From Botryllus schlosseri (taxonomy: Eukaryota): a stretch of 64,000 nucleotides of DNA. The position numbers and the translations under genes are program-made. A model generated the notes under the pieces. It worked only from the letters and a program-made list of their open reading frames with translations, was not told the origin of the DNA and searched no databases. Positions within the stretch are counted from its first letter, which is position 1. Each line of letters begins with the position of its first letter. Positions 49,795 through 61,810 of this stretch are shown one piece after another. The DNA lies in the NCBI GenBank assembly GCA_051294905.1, contig CM119371.1, positions 6,138,001 to 6,202,000 on the forward strand, written 5' to 3'.

Positions 49795-52700
49795 ATGGCT
49801 AATGGGGATATTAGGATTTTGACGCTTAACGTCAACGGGATGGGAAATGGGCGGAAACGACAAGTAATCTATGATTTCATTAAAAAGACAGGTGCAAACA
49901 TTACGTGCCTGCAGGAAACGCACTCCGCATTAGAGACGGAAGATATCTGGGCAAAGGAATGGCATGGGAAGTCCTTCTGGAACTCACAAGACGGCGCCAC
50001 GGCGGGAACTGCAATCCTGCTCAACACGAGAAACAAGAGAGCCATGCGAACCCTGAACGTGACGAAAGACATGGAAGGGAGAATGACACAGCTAAGAGTG
50101 CAAGTGGGTACCCATAAACTAGATATAACTTCATACTATGGTCACAATGACAGAACCAAAAGAAGAATGCAGCTACGACAACTAGCTACAAGGGTAAGAG
50201 GTACAAAGTACCAAATTATAGCAGGAGACTTTAACTGTGTAGACTCTTGTGAACTCGACCGGCAACCTGTTGACCAGAGAAGGGAAGAAGCCAACCGACA
50301 CGCGAACACGATGAAAACAATCGGCGTAGAGGATGCGTTCAGGAGGGCCAATGGCAATAGAAAGGAATTCACCTTCTTCTACAACAAGGGCAAATCACGG
50401 CTCGACAGGATCTACACCACGCCCAACATCCAAACGGTAAACTGTAAACATGTGCCTTGCGCTTTTTCAGACCATGACGCCACCGTGGCCACGGTAAAGC
50501 TGGATCAACAACAGGACACGAAACGCACGATCTGGAAAAACAATACCGACGTCTACAAGCAAGAAACGTTCATGAGGGAGCTAGAAAATAAATGGAAAAT
50601 GTGGGAAACCCTATACGACACCGTGTACACGAGCAGAATAGAATGGTGGGAAGCCGTGAAGCGAAGGCTAAAGCTCCTAAACATCCAATACGCCGCCAGG
50701 ACGCGAAGGCTAGAAAAAGAGCGGCATAAAGAGGACGAAAAAGAATTAAAAATAGTAAGAAACCGTGTCATTCATAATATTACTCTTTTGCCAGAATACA
50801 GAAGAGTGAAAAGGAAAATATGGAAAAACAAGGAGGAGAGCATCCAAAAACTCCAGAAAGAAGCCAAGGCCGAGGCGGAAGAAACGCTAGCTCAAAAACC
50901 GTACATGCTCTGCGAAACCATCAAAAAACGGAGAGATGTGGCTTCAATCAGCGCAATCAGAAACAAGGTCGGCGATATCACCACAGACACCAGGGAGATC
51001 CGGAAAACTGCCGAAGATTACTACGAAAATCTATATAGTAAGAAGGGTACGGATACCAATATTGCAGACTCCTTTTTTAGATCGCAGGCTGGACAGCTGA
51101 CGCAAAACCAGACGAAGGATATAGACCGGCCCATCACCGAAGATGAGGTGCGACAGGCCATTCTCCAGCAAAAACGAAATCGAACGCCCGGTAAGGACGG
51201 CATAAGTGCCGAGTTCTACGTACAAGCCCTAGACCTAATAGCGAAGGACCTAACCGCGGTTTTTGATGAACTCTACTCAAAGCACACCGCCACGAGTAAT
51301 TTTGCAGGTGGAATAATAAAGACAATCCACAAGAAGGGCGACGACAAGGAAATGAAAAACTACCGCCCAATAACATTACTCAATGTAGACTACAAGATCA
51401 TCAGCAAAATCCTGACGAACAGGCTGAAGAAGACCCTGCCAGATATTACGCACCACCACCAGCACGTAAACCCACCAAATAATATCGGAAATCTCAACCT
51501 TGTTTTAAGGGAAATTGCGGCAGAAATGCGAGAGAGGAATCAGGGAGCCATCGTCTCGATAGACTTCCGCAAGGCGTACGACACAATCGACCACCAATTC
51601 TTACACAGAGCGCTGGAGGAGACAGGCCTAGGCAACAACTTCCGACGCTTCATCCGATCAATATACGAAAACGGAGAGGCCACCATATCAATAGGCGGCG
51701 CAATCGGTGAAAATATCAGAATCCAGGAAGGTATCAAGCAAGGCGATCCGATTTCTATGTACCTTTTTACCATAGTGACGGACACGCTCCTACAGAAGCT
51801 TAACAGTTCTATTGCAGGCTTCAAACTCTCTGGCATGAAAGGGAAAATAGCCACACCCTCATACGCAGATGACATCACCGTTACGCTGGCAAGGGAAGGT
51901 GACAGCAGCAAGGCAATCAATGTAATAGAGGAATTCGGCAAGGCGAGCGGTCTACGGATCAATCAGGAGAAAACGAGGGGCATAACGTTTGAGCGTAAAA
52001 GATGGAGACAACCCACCACGAAATTCAAATGGACCAACAAGCTAACCGCCCTTGGGCACACCATAGCACATGAAGAAAAGGATGAGACGGAGCCATGGAC
52101 CGAGGCGATCCACAAAACGGTCGACAAGCTCAACGAGTGGAGAACACTCCACCTAAAAAGGCATGAAAAGGTGAGCATATTGCGCACTAACATTCTACCT
52201 CTTTTCACATATACGGCCTCCAAGAACAGGATGCCGCCACCGATCAAGAAGAAGCTTAAATCAGAAGCAGCAGCATTTGTGATGGGACTGGACGGCAAAA
52301 TGGAATATGAGAAAATCATACAGGCCAAGGAAATGGGTGGACTGGACCTAGTGGATATCCCGACCATGACCGATCTCGCGTTCATCAAACCGGCGCTGAA
52401 ATACCTTGAAAAAGAAGCGAAGCCCGAAACGGAATGGGAAAAAAGAATAGAAAACCAGCTGGCTCTCACCATGAGAAGGTATGGGAAACACAAAATCGAT
52501 AACACCATACCTCATGTTTTGCAGCCGCTAAAGCACTGGCGAGAAACCGCAAAAACCATGGAGGGAATAAAATTCAACCGGCAGGACATCAAATTGAAGC
52601 GGCAGGAAAAATATCGAGCGTTTATCACAAGGAACAACGCCAGACAACTGAGGGAGATGGAAGGACCAAATTGGAGGAACATCAACAACCGCTACCTCAC

Positions 52701-53175
52701 GCACGACCAGAGGAAGTTAAACTGGGACATAGCAAACAGACTGCTCCCAACGAATAACAAACTACGAGCGACACTGGCTTCCAGAACGTGGGACTGCCCG
52801 CTGTGCGGAACAGAAATTGAGGATCACGAACATCTGTTCATAAAGTGCAGAAAGGTAAAACCGCTCATACTTGTTTTCATAGATGCATGGAACAAAGTCA
52901 CGGGGAGGACAGCAAGACAGCCAGGCCTGCAGGAAATGATCGATATGAACCCAGAAACTCCAATGACGCAGGAACAACTCCTGGCCTACCTCAAAATAAT
53001 CTCGACGCTCAAGCAGACCACATGGGATGCAAGAAACCTAAAGAAACACGAGGGTAAACAAATAACACATGTTTGGCTTTTAAGATCATGTAACAGAAGA
53101 TTAAAAGGGAGGAGAAAACAAGAGATGGAACCCAGGGCGGAAGAAATACTGGACAAGATCTTGGAGGAAATCTGA
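49795..53175 (+). CDS. Retrotransposon ORF2, copy 2
   Basis: Translation identical to 29220-32600. Confidence 0.97.
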   Translation: MANGDIRILTLNVNGMGNGRKRQVIYDFIKKTGANITCLQETHSALETEDIWAKEWHGKSFWNSQDGATAGTAILLNTRNKRAMRTLNVTKDMEGRMTQLRVQVGTHKLDITSYYGHNDRTKRRMQLRQLATRVRGTKYQIIAGDFNCVDSCELDRQPVDQRREEANRHANTMKTIGVEDAFRRANGNRKEFTFFYNKGKSRLDRIYTTPNIQTVNCKHVPCAFSDHDATVATVKLDQQQDTKRTIWKNNTDVYKQETFMRELENKWKMWETLYDTVYTSRIEWWEAVKRRLKLLNIQYAARTRRLEKERHKEDEKELKIVRNRVIHNITLLPEYRRVKRKIWKNKEESIQKLQKEAKAEAEETLAQKPYMLCETIKKRRDVASISAIRNKVGDITTDTREIRKTAEDYYENLYSKKGTDTNIADSFFRSQAGQLTQNQTKDIDRPITEDEVRQAILQQKRNRTPGKDGISAEFYVQALDLIAKDLTAVFDELYSKHTATSNFAGGIIKTIHKKGDDKEMKNYRPITLLNVDYKIISKILTNRLKKTLPDITHHHQHVNPPNNIGNLNLVLREIAAEMRERNQGAIVSIDFRKAYDTIDHQFLHRALEETGLGNNFRRFIRSIYENGEATISIGGAIGENIRIQEGIKQGDPISMYLFTIVTDTLLQKLNSSIAGFKLSGMKGKIATPSYADDITVTLAREGDSSKAINVIEEFGKASGLRINQEKTRGITFERKRWRQPTTKFKWTNKLTALGHTIAHEEKDETEPWTEAIHKTVDKLNEWRTLHLKRHEKVSILRTNILPLFTYTASKNRMPPPIKKKLKSEAAAFVMGLDGKMEYEKIIQAKEMGGLDLVDIPTMTDLAFIKPALKYLEKEAKPETEWEKRIENQLALTMRRYGKHKIDNTIPHVLQPLKHWRETAKTMEGIKFNRQDIKLKRQEKYRAFITRNNARQLREMEGPNWRNINNRYLTHDQRKLNWDIANRLLPTNNKLRATLASRTWDCPLCGTEIEDHEHLFIKCRKVKPLILVFIDAWNKVTGRTARQPGLQEMIDMNPETPMTQEQLLAYLKIISTLKQTTWDARNLKKHEGKQITHVWLLRSCNRRLKGRRKQEMEPRAEEILDKILEEI

Positions 53176-53206
53176 AGCAAGAGCAACTTACCAAACCGCT
53201 ACGTGA

Positions 53207-53575
<369 letters not shown>

Positions 53576-53576
53576 A

Positions 53577-53676
53577 NNNNNNNNNNNNNNNNNNNNNNNN
53601 NNNNNNNNNNNNNNNNNNNNNNNNNNNNNNNNNNNNNNNNNNNNNNNNNNNNNNNNNNNNNNNNNNNNNNNNNNNN
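53577..53676. other. Assembly gap (100 N)
   Basis: Run of N; continuity across it is not guaranteed. Confidence 1.
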
Positions 53677-54044
53677 CACAGAACACCTTACAAGTCTACT
53701 TCTGATGTTCTGGCAGAATTTCTGACTATATTTCCTACTCGGAAAATATCTGGAAATTTTGGGTGATAACCACTTTTTTAGGCATAAGTATTTTCGGCCG
53801 AACTCCTCACGTAAGATCGCCGGTTCTCGAAAATTGTCATGCCTTATACCTTCTAATTAGGTATCATAAGAATCAGAAGATTGCTAGCTTTCCCTACAAG
53901 CAAAAATGAAGCGTCTAGGACGTAGACAAAAAAATATATGGTCAAATGAAGTAGCTGATATCACAGGTGATATCCGATTTTAACGGGGTTAAGCAAGTTG
54001 TGTTTTGTCAGGAATGAGTTTTTGATTTGATTTTTGAATTTCAG

Positions 54045-55814
54045 AAAACAATTGAAAGGAAAAGAGGAAGATGTTGAAAAGATGAAAAAGGACCTCGCCA
54101 GCGCTAATGAGAAAGTAATTTTCTTATTATTCTTTGTTTAGTTTGTTTTGGATGTCATACCTGTGTTCCATGTAGGCCCCTACTTACTGTGTTATTATCA
54201 TTTTTGGTTCTGTTGTGGTGATTGATCGATGTGAGAAGAAATTATACACATTACGATTTTATTGTTTACCGTTCCCATAATTGGTTCTCAAGTAGAAGTA
54301 ACAACGTATATTTCTGCTCAGTACAAATTGGAGAAGCAGCTTCCGAGTAAGTATAAAAGCAAGTATTCTAGGCCTATCTTTGCCCAAAAACTGAAATAGA
54401 AGTATTCCAAAGTCATGACCATTTGAGGAAGTAGTGCAGGTACTTTGTTATTGATCACCTCTAGTGTTGTATTTATTGAAGCAATTCCTTATTTGAATAT
54501 TTTCATTATTTTATAACCACGCATACATATTTTACACAAATGTGAGGGTTTTAACACTCAACTATATTTCTTAGGCCAATCACGAGGTATCATGAAAACC
54601 CTGTTGTGTGATCGTTTCATGGTAGGTGATTGCTAATCATGTTTAGAGCAGTGGTTCTTGATCTTTTTTGATCTCATACCCCAAAAATTTCAGAAGCCGA
54701 ATAATGGAACGTCATCATATCAAGCTCGACAATATTCAGGCTATTCTATGCCTAAAATAAGATAACTGATGACTAGACAAGGTGGATACAGTTCCTCTCG
54801 TGACGTCACCCTCAAAGGATGATGTTTTTGTAGTTTCTTGATGACGTTTTGTCCTTTTGCGGACCCCTAAAAACTAGTTCACTGACTCCCAAGTTTAAGA
54901 ACCCTGGTTTAGAGATAATGCTTGGGAATTGGTCTACTGGTACATTTACTTCATTATACTCTATGCTTGACTATAACACAAAATGTCATGACTTTGTTCG
55001 AGATCACCATGATGTAGTCTGTGATAACCACCCTAGTATGAAGCATTCAAATTGGCCTGAGATTTGAATATTCTCTGAACATCATCCCGCAGAGTTGGTC
55101 AAAGTAGTCATCATTGGGACTAAAGTAGATGTAGTGTCGTAAATTGCTACTCTACTACAAATAGAAGTGGTAATTCCTAGAAATATTCTACGCCTCATTT
55201 TGCCTAAAAACTGAAGTAGAAGTAGTTTAAAATCATAACCACTCGAGCAAGTAGTGCTGCTTGAGTACTGAAAAGTAGAAGTACTTCGTTACTGACCACC
55301 TCCACCGTTCCATAGGTGACAGAGCTGTTAGGCTCCCGGCAGTCGTTTGAAGATGGGTTGAGAAAGAAAATGCAGCAGCTGGAACAGGAGAAAGGCGACA
55401 TACAAAGCAAAGCGACCAACCGCGACAACAGCGTCACCAAACTAAGAAAAGAAGTCGAATTTCTCCGACAGCATCTGGTCTGTTGTTTCGCCGTACATCA
55501 CTTCAGTTTGTGTACTTACCTTGACTTGTTGCCATCTGCAGAGAGACACGGAGGACCTGCTCAGTATGGAGGGGGGCAAAGTTAAGACCAAGGACGAAAT
55601 GGATAAGTGCAGGAACGATATCGCCGATCTTGAGTATGCAGTTGGGAAAAAAGAAATCCGAATTCAAGAGCTTGAGAAAATGGTGAAGGAAAAGGAAGTG
55701 CGAATATTGTCGCTTGCCGGAGCCGCTAAGCCGACCCCATTGAAGGTAAACGATTGGACAGCGGTTTTCGAGCTTTTGGTCAGACACCCATCTTGGCTTA
55801 GCAAGAGCATGTAG
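54045..55814 (+). CDS. Exons of an unidentified coiled-coil protein gene (54045-54114, 55316-55477, 55542-55745 or 55814)
   Basis: GT-AG boundaries with matching phase 0 joins; heptad-like text (KQLKGKEEDVEKMKKDLASANEK / LRKKMQQLEQEKGDIQ / IRIQELEKMVKEKE). 56618-56850 may be a further exon. Confidence 0.6.
54649..54906. mobile_element. hAT-type MITE
   Basis: Ends CAGTGGTTCTT / AAGAACCCTG; 8-bp TSD GTTTAGAG at 54641-54648 and 54907-54914. Confidence 0.78.
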
Positions 55815-57061
55815 ATAAGAGGCATGCTCACTGAATGAAAAGTTGCGAGATAGCATAAGACGGATAAGCTATGAAATGCAATGGCATATGACAGTAGGTG
55901 AAGTGCATGTCAGATCCTGGTCAGGTAATCTGGAGCGTTGACTAGTTTTGGTCGAGATTTAGCTCAGTTATCCTGCAGCTGTGATCTGCGTTGTGCAGTA
56001 GGCCAGTGTGTACTGCGAATTTGAAAATATTATCATATTGTGAAGAATTTTATTGTTCTGAAGCCAATTTAATTGATAATATTTCTGCTGCTGCGTGTCA
56101 TAATACGTCAAATACGAGTTCTTGACTTGGCCTGTCCTTACTATTACATAGGTTGGACACAATAATTAGTTGCGTTCGGATAATGCTGCCTGGTCTTGAA
56201 CAGTTATCACTTGGCACGACAATTTAGGCCTACCGTTGGCTAATGGATTACAGGCAATTAAAATGAGTTTGCACAGTAGGATATTTTATCCCCGGCAGAC
56301 ATTCCATGATGTGAGCCCTGGCGGTTTAGCAGTTATGAAGAAGACCATCTTTGTATGATTTACCCTCAAAGAACCTTGAATAAGTTAAAAATCATGTCAC
56401 AAAGTGTCGCAGAACCCCTTAAAATACTTTGCGGACGTCCGGTTGAGAACTGCTGCGAAAAGAATCATAGGTTCATTCATATGTGGATCATATGTCATCA
56501 TATGTCGATCCGAAATCACCAAAGCATATTAAGAAACGGCGTAAGCCTGACATCTTTGATACGACGATAGATCAACTGCTAAGCGAAGTAACTGCACATT
56601 TTGCGCTTTATTAACAAGTGAACCATTTGAAAATGCTACAATCACAGATATCGTTTGGATCGTCACCAGCGAAGGACTTGTACCGACGAACACCGCCGTT
56701 GGTCTCCTCGACACCAAAAGTGTGCGCGCAACCATCAAAACCACATGGGAAACCCAAACCGTACGCTAAGGTCCGAGCAAAAGTCACTCATAAAATGGCA
56801 AACAACGGTCAGAAAAGGCCCAACAAATACGCACAGCCTCGAAGAACCAAAGTAAGTGATTTCAAAAGCCGACAGGCCCCGGCCAAAACTGACATGCTCA
56901 TATACTTCAGGCGAATATGGTTAAAACCGAACCAAAACAATTTTAAGACACTTATGAGTTTCATGGATGAGAACAAAGACGAAATATGCTTCCATCTCGT
57001 GAGCGTTCTTCAATTTGCTTCTGCACCCGCGTTATTCAATTTGTATTCAATGAAATTTCTT

Positions 57062-58315
57062 TCACTGTTGGTGTACTGTTGGTGTTGGTGTACTGTGTTG
57101 GTACTGCTGCTGGGCTGCTGCCTGTAGCAAAAAATATTTATCATGATTGATATTTTTTTCTTCCAAAATATACTCAATTCTTGCCTCTGCTGGCTTTTGT
57201 TGATAGTTCCAGTAGTTCTGGTAGTATAAACTCGTAGCGTCCCCGGTGGCAGCTTGTTGATACGCTTGGGCGGTTGCTTGTGCCGTCGCCGCTTGCTGCA
57301 CGGCGGTTTGAGTTGTGTAGCTTCCGTTGGTGGTCGGTTTTGCTGAATATCTGCTCAAAACAAAAACATTAGTGAAACTGTCGGAAAAAGTGATGACAAG
57401 ATCTCACGTTTGTCGTGCCCCGGCTGTCTTACTGCCACTGGTCGGGCTGGAGGCCTCAGTCTTTGGCTTTTTGGATTGGGCCGATTCCGCCGCAGTCTGC
57501 AGCCTTTTCTTACGACTCCGGTACAGCTTCCGATGCTCGTCGTAGACATTTTGTACCATGTGCCAGATCAATCAAAATCATCACACTAGCCACTTTGAAA
57601 TCTCCACCACCGAAACCCTTACAGAGTGGCGTCCTTGCCAAAGTCTTCCATGTACTACTGCTTTCTTTGGGAAAACACAAACTTGCTCTCTTCGCCGAGG
57701 TGTTGACTTTCCAGCGCCAGGTCGCACGCCTTGCAGAAGCTCTCCTCGTCACCATGGGAATATTCCAACCCGACCAGATCCTTATACAGTTGCTCCTGAA
57801 CACATACAGAGAGGACAATGCGGCAAACGTCTTCCGCAAATTATGTTTTACATACCTCGTCGCCTATCTTGGAAATGGCGTCTTTCAGCACTTGCCTGGC
57901 CTCGCCGATTTTCTTGGACACATTGACCAGGAACCACACGTATTTTCGAATGAAAAAGCAGCGCTCTTCCACCTTTTCCAAAGCGGTCGAGTATTGTTTG
58001 AGAAGACTCTCGGCTTGCTGCAGCAAAACACCGGAGTTATCATATCGTCAAACAAAGACTTCTTACAAACTAATTGCTCACGTCGAAGCTTCACCATCAA
58101 CAAATTCGGTAAAGTCTTCTCCAATTCCACCAGAATCTTGGCAGCGCTATGATAATTACCTGTGGTATATAAAAACACACGCATAAAGTTACCATGCAAA
58201 CGTGATCCGCAAATGACATCACCTTGAACTTCCTCAAACGACGACCAGTGTATATGTATGTTTGGCTTCTTGGGCAATAGCATAAATATCGCTTTTGTCA
58301 CATCACGTTTACAAT
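57062..58315 (-). CDS. PRPF39: PRPF39-like HAT-repeat splicing factor, C-terminal exons only
   Basis: Exons 58315-58223 (LLPKKPNIHIHWSSFEEVQ), 58159-~58070 (GNYHSAAKIL..MVKLRR), ~58020-57856 (ARQVLKDAISK), 57795-57623 (LYKDLVGLEYS..FSQRKQQYMEDFG), 57563-57408 (NVYDEHRKL), 57350-~57160 (YYQNYWNY). Colinear with the PRPF39 C-terminal half as I recall it. Confidence 0.72.
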
Positions 58316-59262
58316 CTATTTATTGATCAGACATTCAAGGCCCTCTCGATCCACAATACAATTACCCGACGGGTCAGTTCTGGTCCACTGGCCATAAGTT
58401 TGACATCCTTTTTTCGTGCTAATCAAATTTCACTTTTGTCTGCAGTCTGCGGTACGGTAATTCACTTGACCCGATCTCGTATGTTGTGTAATGACTTCTA
58501 TTTTTTCGAATTACTCGAGTAGGTTTTGCCTACTCCTGCTGCTTATTCGAGTGGTTGTGTTTTCACACTGCCTTCACTGCTACCTAAAACCACTTTTTGC
58601 TATTTGATTTGAAAAAAGTATGCATAAGTTAACTTCACTAGCTGTCTCATTTAATATGAATGAATTTTCAGCAATTGTAGACCTACCTATTTGCGGTATT
58701 AGTCGTGAACAGAGATGGCCACAGTCCGGTTCAGGAGCCGGAGCCGGAGCAGGATTTTGATGAATTTTACTGCGGCCGGATCGGAGCCGGATTCTGAAAC
58801 TGCCATATGAGCCGGATTTAAACAGGATTTGATATTCATAACAAATATTGGGTGATAAAGGTTCAAGATATCTCATATTCAATGAAAAAAAGCTGCTTCG
58901 ATTATATTTCCGTAGGTAAATGCATTCATTGCTATGGATCAAGCCCAGGCTGGTTCCGACAATAAATGACAACGTTGACACCGGTGATACCGGTCACGTC
59001 GTTGAAATGCGTAAGCAACATAGAAAAGTTTCTCCAGTGATGAGATTACTGCTGGATGAGATCATAAGGACTAAGGCAGGCTCCAGCAAGCGAGCTGCAC
59101 AAGTGTTTGTTTTCGAATTCAGTTGTTCCTCAGATATTGATTCTTATCCTTCCTGTTCATCAGCCATTAGGGTACTTGATATCAGTTGTCAGGATGACAG
59201 AAGAGCGAGGTGTTGTTGCAGAGGTAACTGGTGGTTCTGAATTCTTTTAAATTTAAATAATT

Positions 59263-59957
59263 GGAAATTTAAACTGACAGATATTTTGAATGAAGATTTT
59301 GAACAGTCCGACCAATCAGGTGAAGTCTGGGAAATTACGAAAAACCAAATGGAAATTTAACTGACAGATATTTTGAATGAAGATTTTGAACAGTCCGACC
59401 AATCAGGTGAAGTCTGGAAAATTACGAAAAACCAAATGGAAATTTAAACTGACAGATATTTTGAATGAAGATTTTGAACAGTCCGACCAATCAGGTGAAG
59501 TCTGGAAAATTACGAAAAACCAAATGGAAATTTAAACTGACAGATATTTTGAATGAAGATTTTGAACAGTCCGACCAATCAGGAGAAGTCTGGGAAATTA
59601 CGAAAAACCAATTGGAAATTTAAACTGACAGATATTTTGAATGAAGATTTTGAACAGTCCGACCAATCAGGTGAAGTCTGGAAAATTACGAAAAACCAAA
59701 TGGAAATTTAAACTGACAGATATTTTGAATGGAGATTTTGAACAGTCCGACCAATCAGGAGAAGTCTGGGAAATTACGAAAAACCAAATGGAAATTTAAC
59801 TGACAGATATTTTGAATGAAGATTTTGAACAGTCCGACCAATCAGGTGAAGTCTGGAAAATTACGAAAAACCAAATGGAAATTTAAACTGACAGATATTT
59901 TGAATGAAGATTTTGAACAGTCCGACCAATCAGGAGAAGTCTGGGAAATTACGAAAA
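59263..59957. repeat. 88-bp minisatellite, about 8 units
   Basis: GGAAATTTAAACTGACAGATATTTTGAATGAAG..CCAATCAGG.. at 59263, 59351, 59438, 59526, 59614, 59702, 59790, 59877. Confidence 0.95.
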
Positions 59958-60117
59958 GGGCTTGCACACGAGTTCACGTGTAAAAATAACGATACCGGAC
60001 CTATTAATTCTCGGGCGGTACACAAAAATAGATAAAGTTGAACTTAATCAGTAATAAAGGGCGAAGTACGGTTCTCTTGTCGAGACAAGCCTGCAAGCAC
60101 GAAGAAAACGCGCAAAC

Positions 60118-60253
60118 CTGCTGCAGACAACACTCTGCGTCTTCGAGCTGCGAGCGTTTCTCGTTGTACAAGCGTGATACCGAATCGTATTTGGCCGTCT
60201 GCATCTCCGCCCTGTCCTGCCATTCTTTCAGCTGATGTTCCAAGGCAACGCAT
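60118..60253 (-). CDS. Isolated coiled-coil-like exon of unknown gene
   Basis: AG..GT bounded; CVALEHQLKEWQDRAEMQTAKYDSVSRLYNEKRSQLEDAECCLQQ. Confidence 0.35.
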
Positions 60254-60846
60254 CTTTAAAGCGATAGAAACCTCCAATCGTGATAAACCGCAAATTCAGA
60301 TTTGAAATGTGATAACGACGGTCAAATTAAGACAAGAAATATCGTACCAACTTTTAAACTGTTTCAATTATCACAGCAGTACAGCAGCGGTTCTCGAACT
60401 GGATTAGAACGAAATCTCTTCCAACCGATTATATCTCGATCCGATCAACTGCAGTGTTTCCCAAATGTTTTTCACACATTCATTCACACAGTTTTCTATA
60501 GCCTACAACATCCTTCAATCGCCCCATTTGTAAGTAGAGCCCCTTCAAAGCTGGTGGTTCTGAATTCTGATGTCATTTGGAATGATTGTGTGGTGCGGTA
60601 ATGTATGAATATATGCTGGCATGGTCAATTGATCATGTTTATGATTTCGGAAACACACTAGAACTGAAGTACCACCGGTACTCTCTGATTGATTGTGCAC
60701 ATCATCATGCTGATTATATATATTTCCTATTCATTGCTGCTCTATCAAGTGATCATTTTGATTGATTCATCCATTTTGTTTGATACATGTCTGTTCTGTG
60801 ACTGTGCCGCTTGTGAAAATTTAGTTCCATTCTTCAGTAGTAGATA

Positions 60847-60964
60847 GGCAGGCCGTGTTATTTTTGGCATTTCAGGAGCCAGATGCCAAACTGCCAAAAA
60901 TAAAAATTTGAAAATGCCAAAAATAAGCAATTTTTGGCATATGCCCAAAATAAAACGGCCTGCC
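60847..60964. mobile_element. Short MITE; related right-end copy at ~62076-62163
   Basis: TIR GGCAGGCCGT..ACGGCCTGCC with internal TGCCAAAAATA repeats. Confidence 0.55.
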
Positions 60965-61329
60965 AAATAGTGTATTTCGTTCATGGTGTTGTGTTAACAG
61001 GACCGCGTTACAAGCGAGGAGAGCGTCTGTGAAAGGCAGGTTTCTTAATCTGAGACCCACCCACCCATTAGGGGTGAAAGCATGGTGTCATAAATGGTGT
61101 GGGCACAGCGAGATTGAACGGCTGACTGTATTTGGTTTAGGTCATACTTTCCATTTGTCCAAAGGCAATTTTACGACCATTTTTGACCGGCTTGTCGAGC
61201 GCTAAATCTGATAAAACGGGTATCAATGAGATGCTGCCACAGTACTGATTATTAAAATACAAATTATATTCTGCTCATGGAACTGAAACCCCCAAAATCA
61301 ACAACGATTTTTGCATTGTGATCGAGTTG

Positions 61330-61810
61330 AACATTGTGACGCAACAAATTATCTGGCTATTTCTGAGCTGCATAGTCTCGTTTTGCCAGACAGTCTTGTT
61401 GCGTCAATGTTCTTAAACAAGCTAACCTTCCCAGGACTCTTCCATGCGAGTTTGTAACATTAAAGCCACCTGAAGTGAATATAGACTGAAGGAGAAATGA
61501 TAGTCGGGCTACTAAATAGAATGTGTTGAGAGACAACACAGGAAACTCCTGGAAAAGGATCGGGAAGACAATTCTTTCCGCGACGAGATCGATGGCACTG
61601 GCGAAGTGAACTCTTTTCATGATGCATGGAAGCCGGTTCGGCCTCAAAAGATTTGAAGCTCTGAAAACCTTTTGTGGATGACTGGCAACATTCTTTCCCT
61701 CAACGGCTACTGTTGAAGCCGATATGCATGAGAGAAATGAATTTAGGAGGAACTTAGCTGACCTGAGTTTGGAAGCACTGTTACAGTGCAAACGATTTAA
61801 GTCTATTCAA
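61330..61810 (+). pseudogene. Degenerate hAT transposase C-terminal (dimerisation) relic
   Basis: FEALKTFCG*LATFFPSTATVEAD..ERNEFRRNLADLSLEALLQCK, with stops and deletions. Confidence 0.55.

Noticed and set aside
59263-59957. CRISPR-like array
   Set aside because: Head-to-tail repeats without unique spacers, eukaryotic context, no cas genes; the 88-bp period also breaks any coding frame.
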